Assembly: GCA_000388065.2 (NCBI GenBank)
Contig: KB932201.1
Origin: Fonticula alba ATCC 38817
Lineage: Eukaryota; Protista; Nucleariida
Direction: 5' to 3' (one strand)
Length of the DNA stretch: 64,000 nt
Below, in pieces: positions 36,153-48,700 of this stretch. Within the stretch, counting starts at the first letter, position 1; every line of letters starts with the position of its first letter. Under the pieces are notes generated by a model. It did not search any database. It saw only the letters and a program-made list of their open reading frames with translations, and was not told the DNA's origin. Position numbers and translations under genes: made by a program.

Positions 36153-38638
36153 TCAGAGACGGCACCGCAGTCGAACCGAGCGCCGGGGGGTCGGCACGCT
36201 ACAGCTCAGGTCCAGCAGACCGCCACTGATGGCCGGGCGCTCGGCCTCCCTTCCGGCCACCTGGGCCTCAAAGTGCACACGGTGGCGAAGGGCGGGATCC
36301 GGTGAAAACCGGACCACCAGCGTGTCGCCCGGGAAAACATGGTTGGAAAAGCGCCCGGCGATGGCCGTGGCTTCGGGCAAGGGGCCCTGCAGGGCTGGGA
36401 CCATGCCTGCCGGGTCATCCTCGGTGCCCTCCTGGAGGTAGGACAGGATGGCTCGGACCGCCACGCCCAAGGTGCACAGGCCGTGCAGGATGGGCCGGTC
36501 GAAGCCGCCGATCTCGGCGAAGTCCGGTGAAATGTGCAGCGGATTCAGGTCCCCGCTGGCCAGGCGGTACAATGCCGCCTGCGAGGGCCCGGTCGGCGCC
36601 GCCACTTGGACCAGATACTTGCTGGGGGCAGCGGGCCCCACAGCCGGGGCCGGGCGAATCGGCAAACTGAGGGCCGAGTCGCGGCGGGAAAAACTTGATC
36701 GCGCAAGTTGTCGGATGAATGCCGGGTCAGGGAAGGGCGAGCATGGCAACCGGGCGCTTGGTCAGGGAAGGCTCCCCCTGACGGGTCACCACAAAGACGT
36801 ACTTCCCGGCGCCGCGGATGAAGACCGCAAATTCATTGAAGAAAATCAGCCGACCACTCTCATCGAAAGTGTCCACGCCGGTAATAACCAGCGCGCCCTG
36901 GGGCAGTGTGGACAAGCGGCAGGGTCAGTAACTGCGCCAGGCATGGCAATCCCAAGAGCTGGCCCATCGGGAAAGCCCGAGACGGGGGGGGGAGAGGGGC
37001 GAAGGGCCAAAAGTACCTTGCCCTTATCCTGGATATCAATGATGTATGCCTGGCAGCTGAGGGCCCCGCTTGTGGGGAGGGTGTCATAGATCTCGATGCG
37101 CTGCTCGCCGTGCAACAATCGAGCCTACCACGGACAAGAGGGTCAGCATTGCGGTGCCAATCGAAGGGGGCAGCAGGGAAGACGCCATTGGCGCCAGTGG
37201 CCCCGCACCAGGTCAAACTTCGGCAGATGCTGGCTGAGATTCATCGATGCGAGCAGATTGAAGGCGCACACCACCGGGAAGGTGGGCAGACAGTGGAAGT
37301 AGTCGTGCTGCTCGTAGACCACCGATAAGTCCTGGCTGGTGGCACCAACCCCAAGGGCATAGAGTGCCACGTCGCGCTCGGAGAAAAGGAACTCGGCCTT
37401 CGGGCTGCGGAAGCGCCGCGACCAGAGGATGTCCACGAAGTCACTGCCCCGGCCGGCGGTGGCCGAGGCATCCTCCGAGAGCAGGCGCTTGATGATGGGC
37501 TCGTGAACTTGGCCCTGGGGGTCGTCGGCGCTGGCCGAAAGGTCCATATCGAGGATCTGACCGACCGGGTGGGGGTCGCCACGACGCCGAGGCCCCAAGC
37601 CAGAGACCGGGTGAGGAATGGCCGAAGGCGGGGTCAATGTCAGGCATTCGGATCGTCGAACATGGCCCTGCAGCGGTGACAACATCCGCAGCACGTACAG
37701 ACTGGATGATGCCGGGATTCCCGCGCGCGGACAGTGCCACGGGCTGGGTGAAGACTCGGCGGACGCGCGCAAACCAGCCGCTCCCGGCCTCGAAGCAGCC
37801 GCCCGTCACCTGGCAACTGCCGGGATACGGGTGGGGACGAGCAGTGTGTGAGAGTTTGAACAGGCAGAACATCGGCCAGGTCCGACCGGGGGGGGAGGAA
37901 GGTTGTTCAAAGGGAGAGTCGACGCTGGGACAACGTACGCAGAGACCGAAAGAAGGGCAAGGATCGGCGAAACATAGGCCGGCGAGAGGCCTGGGCGGGG
38001 GGTGGCAGCCCCGAGAAGTCAGTGGCGGGGGGGAGGGAGGGCGCCCGGCGATCAGGCGTGTCTTCTCCCCCGGCTGAGAGCGGGAGGAAGAACCGGCAGG
38101 GCAAGGGCAAGGGAAGGGCATCAGGGCGTACGGGCAACCATGTCCTCCGGCAGGATGGTGGCCGTCATGGCGGTACCCGCATTTGGGCACAGGGTGTTGG
38201 CCGTGATGTTGTAGTCGCGGCCCTGGCAGGCCAGCATGTCGGTGAAACCATGAATGGCGGCCTTGGCTGAGGGCGGGGGACGCAGAGAACCGAGGCCGAG
38301 GGAATCACCCGGACATAGGCTGGATGAGCAATCGGAGGGTGGTCTCGTGTGGCGCGCAGTGGGGAGGGCAATCTCTCAAAAGCGGGACGGTCACATACCG
38401 GTGGAGTAGTTCGCCTGGCCGAAGTTGCCGTACAGCCCCACGCTGGAGGAGGTGTTGAACACTCGGCCATGGCGCTGGTGCATGAAGTGCGGCCAGGCGG
38501 CCGCCGTGACCGCAATCGTGCCCGCCAAGTGGACCATCATCACGGCATCCCACTCCTGCTCGGTCATCCGAGCGAAGGATCGGTCACGCAAGATACTGCC
38601 AACAGGAGAAAGGGCGATTAGCGCGCGCGAGCGGAGAA

Positions 38639-38682
<44 letters not shown>

Positions 38683-40401
38683 GAGGGGGGCCCATCAGCC
38701 AGTGAGGCAGGCGATGCGACAGATGCGCGCACCCGGCATTGTTCACCACGATGTCGATCCGGCCGAAGTTCCGGATGGCCGTCTCCACACACAGATGCCC
38801 GGCGGTGTTGACGGGATTCCCATCCGGCACGGCCCGGCCGCCGAGGGACACGATCTCGGCGACAACCTTGCGCGCGGCGTCCAGGTTCATGTCGTTGACG
38901 ACCACTGCCGCGCCATGGCGCGCCAACTCCAGCGCATGGAAGCGCCCAAGGCCAGCCCCGGCGCCGGTCACCAGGGCCACCTGTCCGCGCAGGCTCAAGT
39001 CCAACTTCGCGAGGGGCTTCGGCTGCGGGAGATCCTGGGCATCTGGGAGGGGGGCACAAGCAGGAGGTGTGTCGGTAAGAGGGGGGAGATGCCTGGAAGT
39101 GGCCATGGGAATCCCCCGGCGGGTGTCGCACCCTCAAGATGGCCAATCCAGTCGACTTCGGTGATGGTCTCCGGGAAGGCGCTCTCGGCGTTGAAGGAAA
39201 CAACCTGCTCGTCGGATGAGCGTCAGGCAAGCAACAAGACTCGGAGGAGACACGGGGCAGAGGAGAGGAGGGGGGGGGGGGAACCAATGCCAGGGCGGTC
39301 GGCGAGGCGAAGCGGGGAGGAGGGAGGTGGACAGAGAAATGAGCAGGGGGGGGGGGGGAAGAAACCCTCGACACGTACGTCGGTCCAACGCCGGTGCAAG
39401 TCCCCCAGGGGGATGGGCGAGTATGCGGGGTTGAGGAAACTCTGAGGGGTGGGGTGAGCCTTGGTGGTTGGATCGGCAGCCGGAGCGACCAGCGCCCCGG
39501 ACGAGCGCTGCCAGCCGGCGCGACAAACCGAGGCTTCAGAGAAGCAGAACGCCTGCCCCGAGGCAGCATCCGTGAGGGCTAGCTCCCCGAGCAAGACGCC
39601 CAGGCCGGGAAGCAGGGCCACCGGCAGGGCAGACGGTGTGCCTGAGGCATACTGGAATTGCGGGAACTCCGGGAAGAGGGCATTCACGCGAACTTGGAGC
39701 CTCTCCCCCTCTCGGGCCATGGTCCGGCAGAGAGCCGCCAGACCGTAGGCAATGCAGATCTTCGAGGGGCCGGCGCCGCGACCCCAGGCACCGTGTCCGC
39801 CGAGGCGCCCACTGCCCAGGGCATTCACCGGGGCAACCAGGCAGACATTGGTCGGCCGGCTGTCCTCGCTGGCGGCCCACACATGCTTGAACAGGGCAAA
39901 GACCTCCCCGAAGCAGGGGAGAATTTGTCCAATCCACGCATCGGCACTACGACTGGCCAGCGGCGCCTCGATGAAGCTCCTTCCGAGTGGGTTGAGGTCA
40001 GTTGGGGTGAGATTGCCGGCTGTAGAAGTGGACAGAGGAGGTAGGGGGGGGGGGGCGGGGCAAGTGCGGGAGAAACCGCCGACAGAGCGGGGCAAGGGAC
40101 ATGCGCACTCGTGGCAGTGAAAGATGATGTTGTGATACGGGTCATCGAGGCGGCTCAGGACTTGAGCGAGGCCAGCACGCCGACCATCGATCGTGGCATC
40201 GTCTTTGGTCGTGGAGGAGATGAATTTCACGGCAGCCGGCAGGCCGAGGGCACTCTGCAAAGGGCGACGGGTCGAAGGGTGTCAGGAGGAGGGGCGCGAA
40301 AGAGGGGGATCCTCAGCAGGTCAAGGGGAAAGCCTCTCTGCCTCTCTCGAACAGCACCTTTGACAGGGTTCGGGCTGGATGGCCGAGGGGGGAGATAGCA
40401 T
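36153..40401 (-). CDS. FOX2: Peroxisomal multifunctional enzyme type 2 (degenerate SDR + SDR + MaoC-type hydratase 2); start approximate
   Basis: Second SDR: ALVTGAGAGLGR, IDIVVNNAG|ILRDRSF, GLYGNFGQANYST|AK. Hydratase: FSERDVALYALGVGA, LPTFPVV, HGEQRIE, YRLASGDLNPLHISP, ILHGLCT, FSNHVFPGDTL. The protein ends in CRL*, a PTS1-type tripeptide. No SCP2 domain seen. Confidence 0.9.
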
Positions 40402-41406
40402 GCCGTCAGAGAAGGGGTTTGCCAGCCAGGGGCAGGAGGGCAATGGCGAGGCTCAGGGGGGGGGGGAGAGAGATGACGCACAGATGATGCACAGTCGCGA
40501 GGGGGCACCCTTGAATTGGGACGCAATGAACGTCACCAGATCTTGAGCGGCAGGCCCAATGACGAGGCAGAGCCGGGAGGTTAGCAGCCGACAGCAAGTG
40601 CAAAGAAAGATGGATCACCAGTGGCCGGAGTGTGGGGCGCACCCGGGGAGTCGGAGATCAGCAGCGTCTTCCCGGCATCTGCGTGAAGAAGACCACTCAT
40701 CCTAGCGGGTGAGGGGGCGCAAGCAGCGGGGGGGGGGGGGNNNNNNNNNNNNNNNNNNNNNNNNNNNNNNNNNNNNNNNNNNNNNNNNNNNNNNNNNNNN
40801 NNNNNNNNNNNNNNNNNNNNNNNNNNNNNNNNNNNNNNNNNNNNNNNNNNNNNNNNNNNNNNNNNNNNNNNNNNNNNNNNNNNNNNNNNNNNNNNNNNNN
40901 NNNNNNNNNNNNNNNNNNNNNNNNNNNNNNNNNNNNNNNNNNNNNNNNNNNNNNNNNNNNNNNNNNNNNNNNNNNNNNNNNNNNNNNNNNNNNNNNNNNN
41001 NNNNNNNNNNNNNNNNNNNNNNNNNNNNNNNNNNNNNNNNCCCCCCCCCCTCGCCTCGAGCGGGTCCTGTCAGTCAGAGGCAGGGAGACGAAGGGGCCGC
41101 CAGCCGCACGAACATGCAGGGGGTCCGAGGTCACGGCAACCGGAGGTTCGTCGGGCCAACGCGCAGATCTAACGATGCGACACTAAAATGGGACTCGCCG
41201 ATGGGATACCTCACAGGGTACCCAGTCATGGTATCACGAGATGCCTCTGGCCTAGTGTATCACGCGTTCGTAATGGAGTTTGTAGAATGTTGTTTCCCAG
41301 GTGCATACGCACCGACCACCAGACCCTTGCGTACTTGCGCGGGAGGCCCGGGCTGCATCCCCGCCTCACGGCCGTGCGGCAGACGGGGGAGGCCGGCGAC
41401 TCGGGG

Positions 41407-41447
<41 letters not shown>

Positions 41448-42692
41448 TTCATCCTCGAGGGGGGGAACCACCCGCACATGGCCCCCCACCTGTGAGGGGC
41501 GAGGGGGGACTCGGCCGCGACTAGTGTGCCCCCCCTGAGGCCCAAGCCCTTGTGAGTGGCGGCAGGGGCGGAGGGCCCAAGCTCAGGCGAAGCGTCGTGT
41601 GCCAGGCTCGCTCGGCAGAGGGCCGGGGGGAGACACATATTCCCAATGGGTCGGCACCAAGCACCTAGCCTGCCATTGCCTCGGGCCGGAGCCCGGCGAG
41701 GGCGAGCGCGACCGCCCACCTCCCCAGCCTCGGAGGGGGTGTCACTACCCGACAACATGGGGCTCGCCGCCCTTGTACGCACGCGCGCACGCACGCGCAC
41801 GCATGCACACGCACACACGTACGCACGCGAGCGAGCGGCCACACGACGGCCAGACTCCGCACGGGGTGTAATTGCCACTGGACGGCCCTCCCCCTGGGGC
41901 CCGGCTGGTGGGGTCAACACCCTGCTTGCAGCCCCTCGCTTCCGGCCCGGGATGTCGGCTGGAACAGATTCCCGGAGGAGGGCACCCCTGTTCCCCACTC
42001 CGGCGCCCGGTGTGACCGCTGTGTATTGGCAGCTGCTCATGCGCGCCCGGCGGCACGCCCGCCAATGGGCTGGGGATTTCCCCTCCGTCCTCCGGGGCTG
42101 GCCCCAAGCATGGCTGACGGAGGGGCAGTGGTGGATTCCTCCCGCGTTGAGGGCGAATGGGTGGGTGGGGGGGGGGGGGCATGGCTCCGTGGGTGTGGTG
42201 GCACACTTGCGGCAACATCCGGCACCGCCTCCTGCAGACCGCGCCACCTCGGGGCCTGGTGCGCTGATGCTGCTGCTCGGTCCGGTTTTTCGGCCCCCGG
42301 GGACCACCCTGGCCCCCCTCGGAGCGCAGGCAGAGATTTTCCTGTCGATTTCCTTCTCTCGCACCTCTCCCCTTTGTACGCCTCTCGCCCGCCTCCCCCG
42401 TCCTCCCGCTCCCTCCCACAACCACATCCCCCCGGCCTCCCTCCTACCCCTTGTCGCCCGCGGGCGCATGCGGGCGTACGCGCGCCCACGCGCGCGCACG
42501 CGTGTGTGTGTGTGTGTGTGTGTGTGCACTGGCCCCCACCACACACACACACACATATATATATATTGATACATCCCCTCTCCTTGAGGCAGGCGCGCCC
42601 CATCATGCCGACACACCCCACTCACACGCCCCCTGTCCATGCTCCTCCCGCCTGTTCCCTGCCGCGTGCTGCGCTCCGCCACACAGGTCGAC

Positions 42693-44547
42693 ATGATTCG
42701 CGCCTTCGCCCAGATTCGCAGCCTCCGCCCTATGGTGGCCGGCCGCGCCCTCTATTCCAGCGCCGCCGCCCCGGCCACCAGCCAGTACCCCGGTGCCATT
42801 GGCTCCCCCTACACCAAGGACCTGGCCTTCGTCGATGGCAACGCCCCCCTGCCCACCTACCGCGTGATGGACCGCGCTGGTAAGATCCTTGATGAGGCCC
42901 AGATCCCGGCCGAGCTGGCCGGCGAGAACCTCGTTTCCGTCTACAAGCAGATGGTCCAGCTGAACATGATGGACAAGATCCTCTACGACGCCCAGCGCCA
43001 GGGCCGTATCTCCTTCTACATGACCAACTACGGTGAGGAGGCCTCGCACTTCGGCTCGGCCGCCGCCCTGACCCTCGATGACCACATCTTCTCGCAGTAC
43101 CGCGAGGCTGGTGTGCTCATGCACCGTGGCTTCACCCTGGACGACTTCATGAACCAGTGCTACTCCAATGCCCTGGACCCGGGCAAGGGTCGCCAGATGC
43201 CGGTTCACTATGGCTCTCGCGCTCTCAACTTCCAGACCATCTCCTCGCCCCTGGCCACCCAGCTGCCCCAGGCTGCTGGTGCTGCCTACGCCCTGAAGCG
43301 TGCCGGCAAGGAGTCCGTCGTCATGTGCTACTTCGGTGAGGGTGCCGCCTCCGAGGGTGATTTCCATGCCGCTCTCAACGTCGCTTCCACCACCAACTGC
43401 CCGGTCATTTTCTTCTGGTACGCATGCCCCTGCGCCGGTCCTCGCAACCCACCATGCCAACGCACATGCTGACACTGACACGCCGGGCACACGCACACTA
43501 TCGCCGAATGTGACGGGAAAACAGCCGCAACAACGGCTTCGCCATTTCCACCCCCTCCTCCGAGCAGTACAAGGGTGACGGTATCGGTGCGTAGCCCAAG
43601 AAGGATACATACCTCTGGGTCTGGTCCATTGCGTGTGTCTGTCCCCCGCGGGTCCCCGCCATCGTGCCACTGACCAATGTCCCTCCGGCCGCCGCCTCTC
43701 CCCGCGCCCCTATGCACCTGGCGTGGCCTCTTTTCTCGGGCCCCCCACCACATCCTCACAACCATGCAGGTGGCCGTGGCCCTGCTTATGGCATCCACAC
43801 CATCCGTGTCGATGGTAATGACATCTTCGCCGTCTTCAACGCCACCAAGGAGGCCCGTCGCCTGGCCCTCGAGAAGAACCGCCCGGTCGTCATCGAGGCC
43901 ATGACCTACCGCGCTGGCCACCATTCTACTTCCGATGACTCCTCGGCCTACCGCCCCCGTGAGGAGGTCGCCGACTGGCAGACCAAGGACAACCCCATCA
44001 CCCGTGTCCGTGGCTACCTTGAGTCCATGAACCTGTGGAACGACGAGCTCGAGGTCGAGCACCAGAAGGAGACCCGTGCCAAGATTGTGGACTCCTTCGC
44101 TCGCGGTGCGTGCCTCTGCCTCCCATGCATCCTCCCTCCTGCCCCACCTGTACCGCCCTTGCCTTCGCTGTCCCCCTTTCCGCCGCGCGGCGCCCGCCGC
44201 ACAGGGCCCCGGGCCGGGAAACCGGCCCATACACACACACACACACACACACACAAGTATATGACATCCAGGACTGCCACTGACCAAAAACGGGGCCATG
44301 GTGGAAACACAACGCGCATTCCCTTGCACACGTTTGTGCTGTCATGCACACAGCCGAGAAGCAGCCCAAGCCCCCCATCGCCGAGCTGTTCACCGACGTC
44401 TACGACGAGCCGACCCCCCTGCTCAAGGCCCAGCAGAAGGAGATGCTGGAGATGCTGGCCAAGTACCCGAACGCCTATCCCGTCGGCAACTACGCCACTG
44501 AGCTCCCTGACAACCGCCACAACGCCGTCGACAAGAAGTTCATCTAA
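42693..44547 (+). CDS. BCKDHA: Branched-chain alpha-keto acid dehydrogenase E1 alpha subunit, 4 exons
   Basis: Motifs: [67 protein letters not shown]|[17 protein letters not shown] and [18 protein letters not shown], after a mitochondrial presequence-like N-terminus. Confidence 0.97.
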
Positions 44548-45299
44548 GCGTCCGTGCTGCATGCCCGCCAAAAGATATGCGTGTGCGTGTGCGTGGTGGG
44601 TGGTGTGGAGAAAGGTGTCGATGCGCGCGTGCGCGCGCCTGTGCATGTGCCGCCCTTGTCTGTGTCCCTGTCTCTTTCCCCCTCTGCGCCGCCTTCCTTC
44701 ATGTCACTGCTGCTATGCTGTCGTCGCCGGCGTACTGCCATGCCATACGCACATGCATGCGTACAAACCTGCCTGTGTCACTACACTTCAAAATCAAGCA
44801 AAGCCCCTGGTGTTTTTGTTGTCTGCTTTTTTGGGATTGTCCTCCCCCTCGCGAGACCACACCCTTGCCAGCTGCTGCGGCGGGGGGGGGGGGTCTTTTC
44901 CCGGACATCTGGCGTCCTCTCTTCGGAGACCACTTTTCCCGAGGACAAGCACGCCAGCCGTGAAGGAGCTTGCCCACCGGAGTGGCGGTGCTGCCGGTGG
45001 TCAAACCCAACAACAGGGGGCGCCGGGGAGGGGGGAAAACACGGGGTGTCGAAACGCGAAGTGTATTGCCATTCGATGGAGTCGAGAGGAGCAGGAGAGG
45101 GGGTATGGTACAGTTGGCAAGGGCAGGGGGGGAGGGGGCAGAGGGAGCGAGGCAGGCGAAGAAGGCGGAGCCAGGAGCGCGTGCGCGCTTGTCTGAGAAC
45201 GAGTCGTCCTTCCTCTCGCGGGCTGTCCCTCCTTTCCTGGGTATTCCTCAGGAAGGGAGGAAAGAAAAACTGGGGGGGAAAAGGGAGAGGCAGAGAGAC

Positions 45300-45336
<37 letters not shown>

Positions 45337-45702
45337 ATGTGGCACAAAGGCACTGGATGCGCCTGGGCGGGGGCTTCACCATGTCGTTCGGGCGAAGAGG
45401 AGAGAGTTGGGGGGGGGGAGACTGGTGCGAACAGAAGACTGAAAAGGAAGAGACCAGGACCAGTCTACACATCGAATGTGAGGCAAGAGGAAGAGGAGAG
45501 GGAGGAGGAAAACGGGGGGGCGGGGGAGGGGGGAGGAGGAGGAGGGGAGGAGAGAAGACACAAGGAAGTGTGTCCCATCGCCCTGTCCGGCTCTCCGCGA
45601 CCTGACTCTCGCCCCCACCCCGGCCCTTTTTTTTTTCGTGTTTCCTGAAAGAGAGAAAGGCGAATGGCGGCTGATCGGTGAAACTGTGGCCGGAGGCATA
45701 TT

Positions 45703-48700
45703 TCAGAGAGCAAAGTCCGGAGCACCGCGCGAGGTGACCCGGGCGTTGGGCACCGACGAGCCCAGCAGAGCCTCGGTGTCGACATCCACCGCAGTCGGGG
45801 ACTCCGGCGCATCGGCCGCCGGGCGAGCCTTCAGCTTGGAAGAGTTGGCCAGCGAGGCCGACAAAATGTGCGGCGCGATGAAGGACCCCTCATCAGAGTC
45901 GGAAGAGATGTCACCGTTGCGCCACCGGTCGCCGTCCTTGACCACGGGGACCGGGCCCCGTGGAGGAATCACCATCGGCAGGGAACTGGCATAGATGCTG
46001 TTGCTGGAGGCGGCGGCAGCCGCGGCCGCAGACGAATTGGACCCCATGCTGATGGGCACGGCCGCCGGGCCGGTATGCTGGCCCCCGGCGCCGATCTCCG
46101 GCTGTGCAATCGAGTCACCCTCGAGGTCGCTGTCGAGGTCGGAATCCGGCAGGTCCGAGACGTCCGAGTCATCGGGCCGAGCGGCCGCCGCATCATAGAC
46201 AGCCCCGCCGCGGAAGCCGGATTCGCCGGAAATGGCGGCCAAGCGCGACCCGCCGATGGCCCCGCCACCGCCGAGGGCCGCAGTCTCCGGCAGGCTCGGC
46301 AGGAGCATCAGCGAGTCGAAGGACAGGTCGGCCTCGGAGAGGTCATCCCCAGGGAGCGGGATGTCCACATTGTAGAGCGGGACATTGGTGGCCACGGGGG
46401 TGGGAGATGCCAGGGTGGCGGAGCCGCGGCCGGTGGCGGCGCTGGCGGTGGAATTGGGCGTGGTGGTGGTACTGTTGCTGCGGCTGCGCTGGCGATCGGC
46501 CTGGGCAATTTGCTCGACCGCCGCAGCCAGCAGCTGCTGCGCATTGCTGGCCGTCACAGCGGCCGACATGGACTGGGCGTAGGAGGAATAGCGCGAATCG
46601 GTGACCATGGCCGAGGGAGTGGACGACGGGGTGGCCGGCGTGCCGAAGGGGGTCGACGCCGGGGTCGGGGGAAGGCTTTGGCTGCCGGGGCTGGTGGAAC
46701 CACTGGCCAGATCGCTGGAGGTGGGCGACGCCCCGAGGGCCGGGCCGCCGGTGGCAAAGGCCGGAGAGTACGGGGGTGAGGAGGACCCGGGGGCCGTGAT
46801 GACCACATTCCGCGGGGGGGAATTCAGCGGGTGGACAGAGGGCACAATGGTCGAGGCACCGGCACCGGCACCGGCACCGGCACCGGCACCAATGCCAGCA
46901 CCAGCACCCTGGATGGGGATGGCCAGGGACCCGGCGGCCATGGGGGTGGCACTTAGCGAGGCAACGGCCAGGGACTCGGCCAGGAAGGAAGACGCCCCGG
47001 CCGGCGAGACGCCCAGCTCGAAGGCCGGCGACGGGCCATTCATGCGCATGGGAATGGCCCCAGGCGGGGGGGCCTTATTGAGGTGGAAGGGCGATCCCGG
47101 CCCGGCCAGCGGCGACCGGCCGACCTCCGAGAAGGAGGATGCCGCCGAGGGGGGAGGGCTGCCGGCACCGAGGACCGGCAGTCCGGCACCCGATCCACGC
47201 CGCAAGGGGCGCCCATGGGCCGAGAAGTCCGAAATCGACAGGGCAGTCGGAGACCCAGCAGTACCGGCAGCCGGCGTGGCGGCCGTGACAACAGCCCCAG
47301 GAGGAGACCCGGGGGAGGCGACGAAAAAGCCGCGCGTGGCCACCGGCATCGGGGCCGCCGTGGCCGAGGGCGCGGGGGCCGCCATGTCCAGCGGTGTGCC
47401 GGTGGACGGCGACCGGACGAATCCCGGCGCGGAGGAGGGCGTGGCCCCGGACACGAAGTTCATGCGACCCGCGGCAGCCGAGGTCGAGAGTGATCCGCTG
47501 AGGAAGGAAGACTCGGCGAGGCTGGAAGCCGGAGTGGCAGGCAGCGTGCGCGACCCGTCGGCCAGCGAGGAAGACAGTTGCGAGTAGCTGTCCGGGCCGA
47601 AGGACAAGCGCGAGGCCGAGGGAGTGGTGCCGGAGACAAAGTTCACCGGCGACCGGGGGACCTCGGACCCGGCGCGACCGGCCCCGGTGGCCCCGATCAC
47701 AGGAACGCCCATTTGCCCGAGCGGGGAGGGATCGGCGAAGCTGGAGGCCGGGGTGGCCGGGAGCAAAACATCACCGATCTCCTCGGCCGTTCCGCGGGGA
47801 AGGTCGAACTCCATGGTGGCGGCCTCGTTGGCCGGGGTGGCTGCCTTCAGGGCCATTGACAGGGAGGAGGAGAGACCAAGTTGGGGGGAGCCTGGGCCAC
47901 CGGCACGGGGGGAAGAAATGGCCGGCGCCGGGGCCGGGTCGACGTCACCCTCCTGAGGGCTGCCGGTTTGCATGGGGTCGAAGGACCGAGCGGCGGCCAA
48001 GATTCCCGGGGCCATGCCGGCCGGAGCGGACTCCTCCCCGGTCGAGGTGTCCAGCTCGGGGGTCGAGGCCAGGGCCGGGGCCGGACACGCGCGGATGGCG
48101 AAGTCCCCAAGACGCTGGAGAGCATCGCCGGCCGGAGCGACATCGGTGGCGGCCTCGCCGGCGGGGAAGAGGGCCGCCAGCAGGGCGGGCAGTCGGGGCC
48201 CCGCGCAGAGGGCCTGCACGAAATCCGGGGCCAGGTCCGCGTCCGGGGCCGGGAGGTCCAGAGGACCGCCAGGACCAATGGCATCACCGGTCGGGAGGCT
48301 ATCCCGAGCCACCGGGTCCAGGCATCCGAGCGCCAGGGCCGAGTGCCAGATGGTCAGCCGATCCTCGAGGGCCTGCTGAATGGCCAGGCGGAGGTGGCTC
48401 CGCAGGCTGGCCAGGAGCTGGCTCCGCAGGTCGGCCAGGTCCGACACGGCCACCGACGGCGGCGGGGGGCAGCAGCCACACTCGGCGGCCGGGGTGTCGC
48501 TGGGCTGTTCGGGGGCGAGTGCCCCGGAGCAGACCGGGCGCGGGCTGCGCAGGTGGTTCAGCAGAAGGCCGAAGGCGGCCGAGTACTCGGGACGATGGAT
48601 GGCGCTCGAGAGAATGGCGCCAGTCTGGGTCAAGGGAGGAGGGGCGATTGTCGGCGGGTTAGCCGAGAGGGAAAGGGACAAGGGGAGGAGGGGGGGGGGA

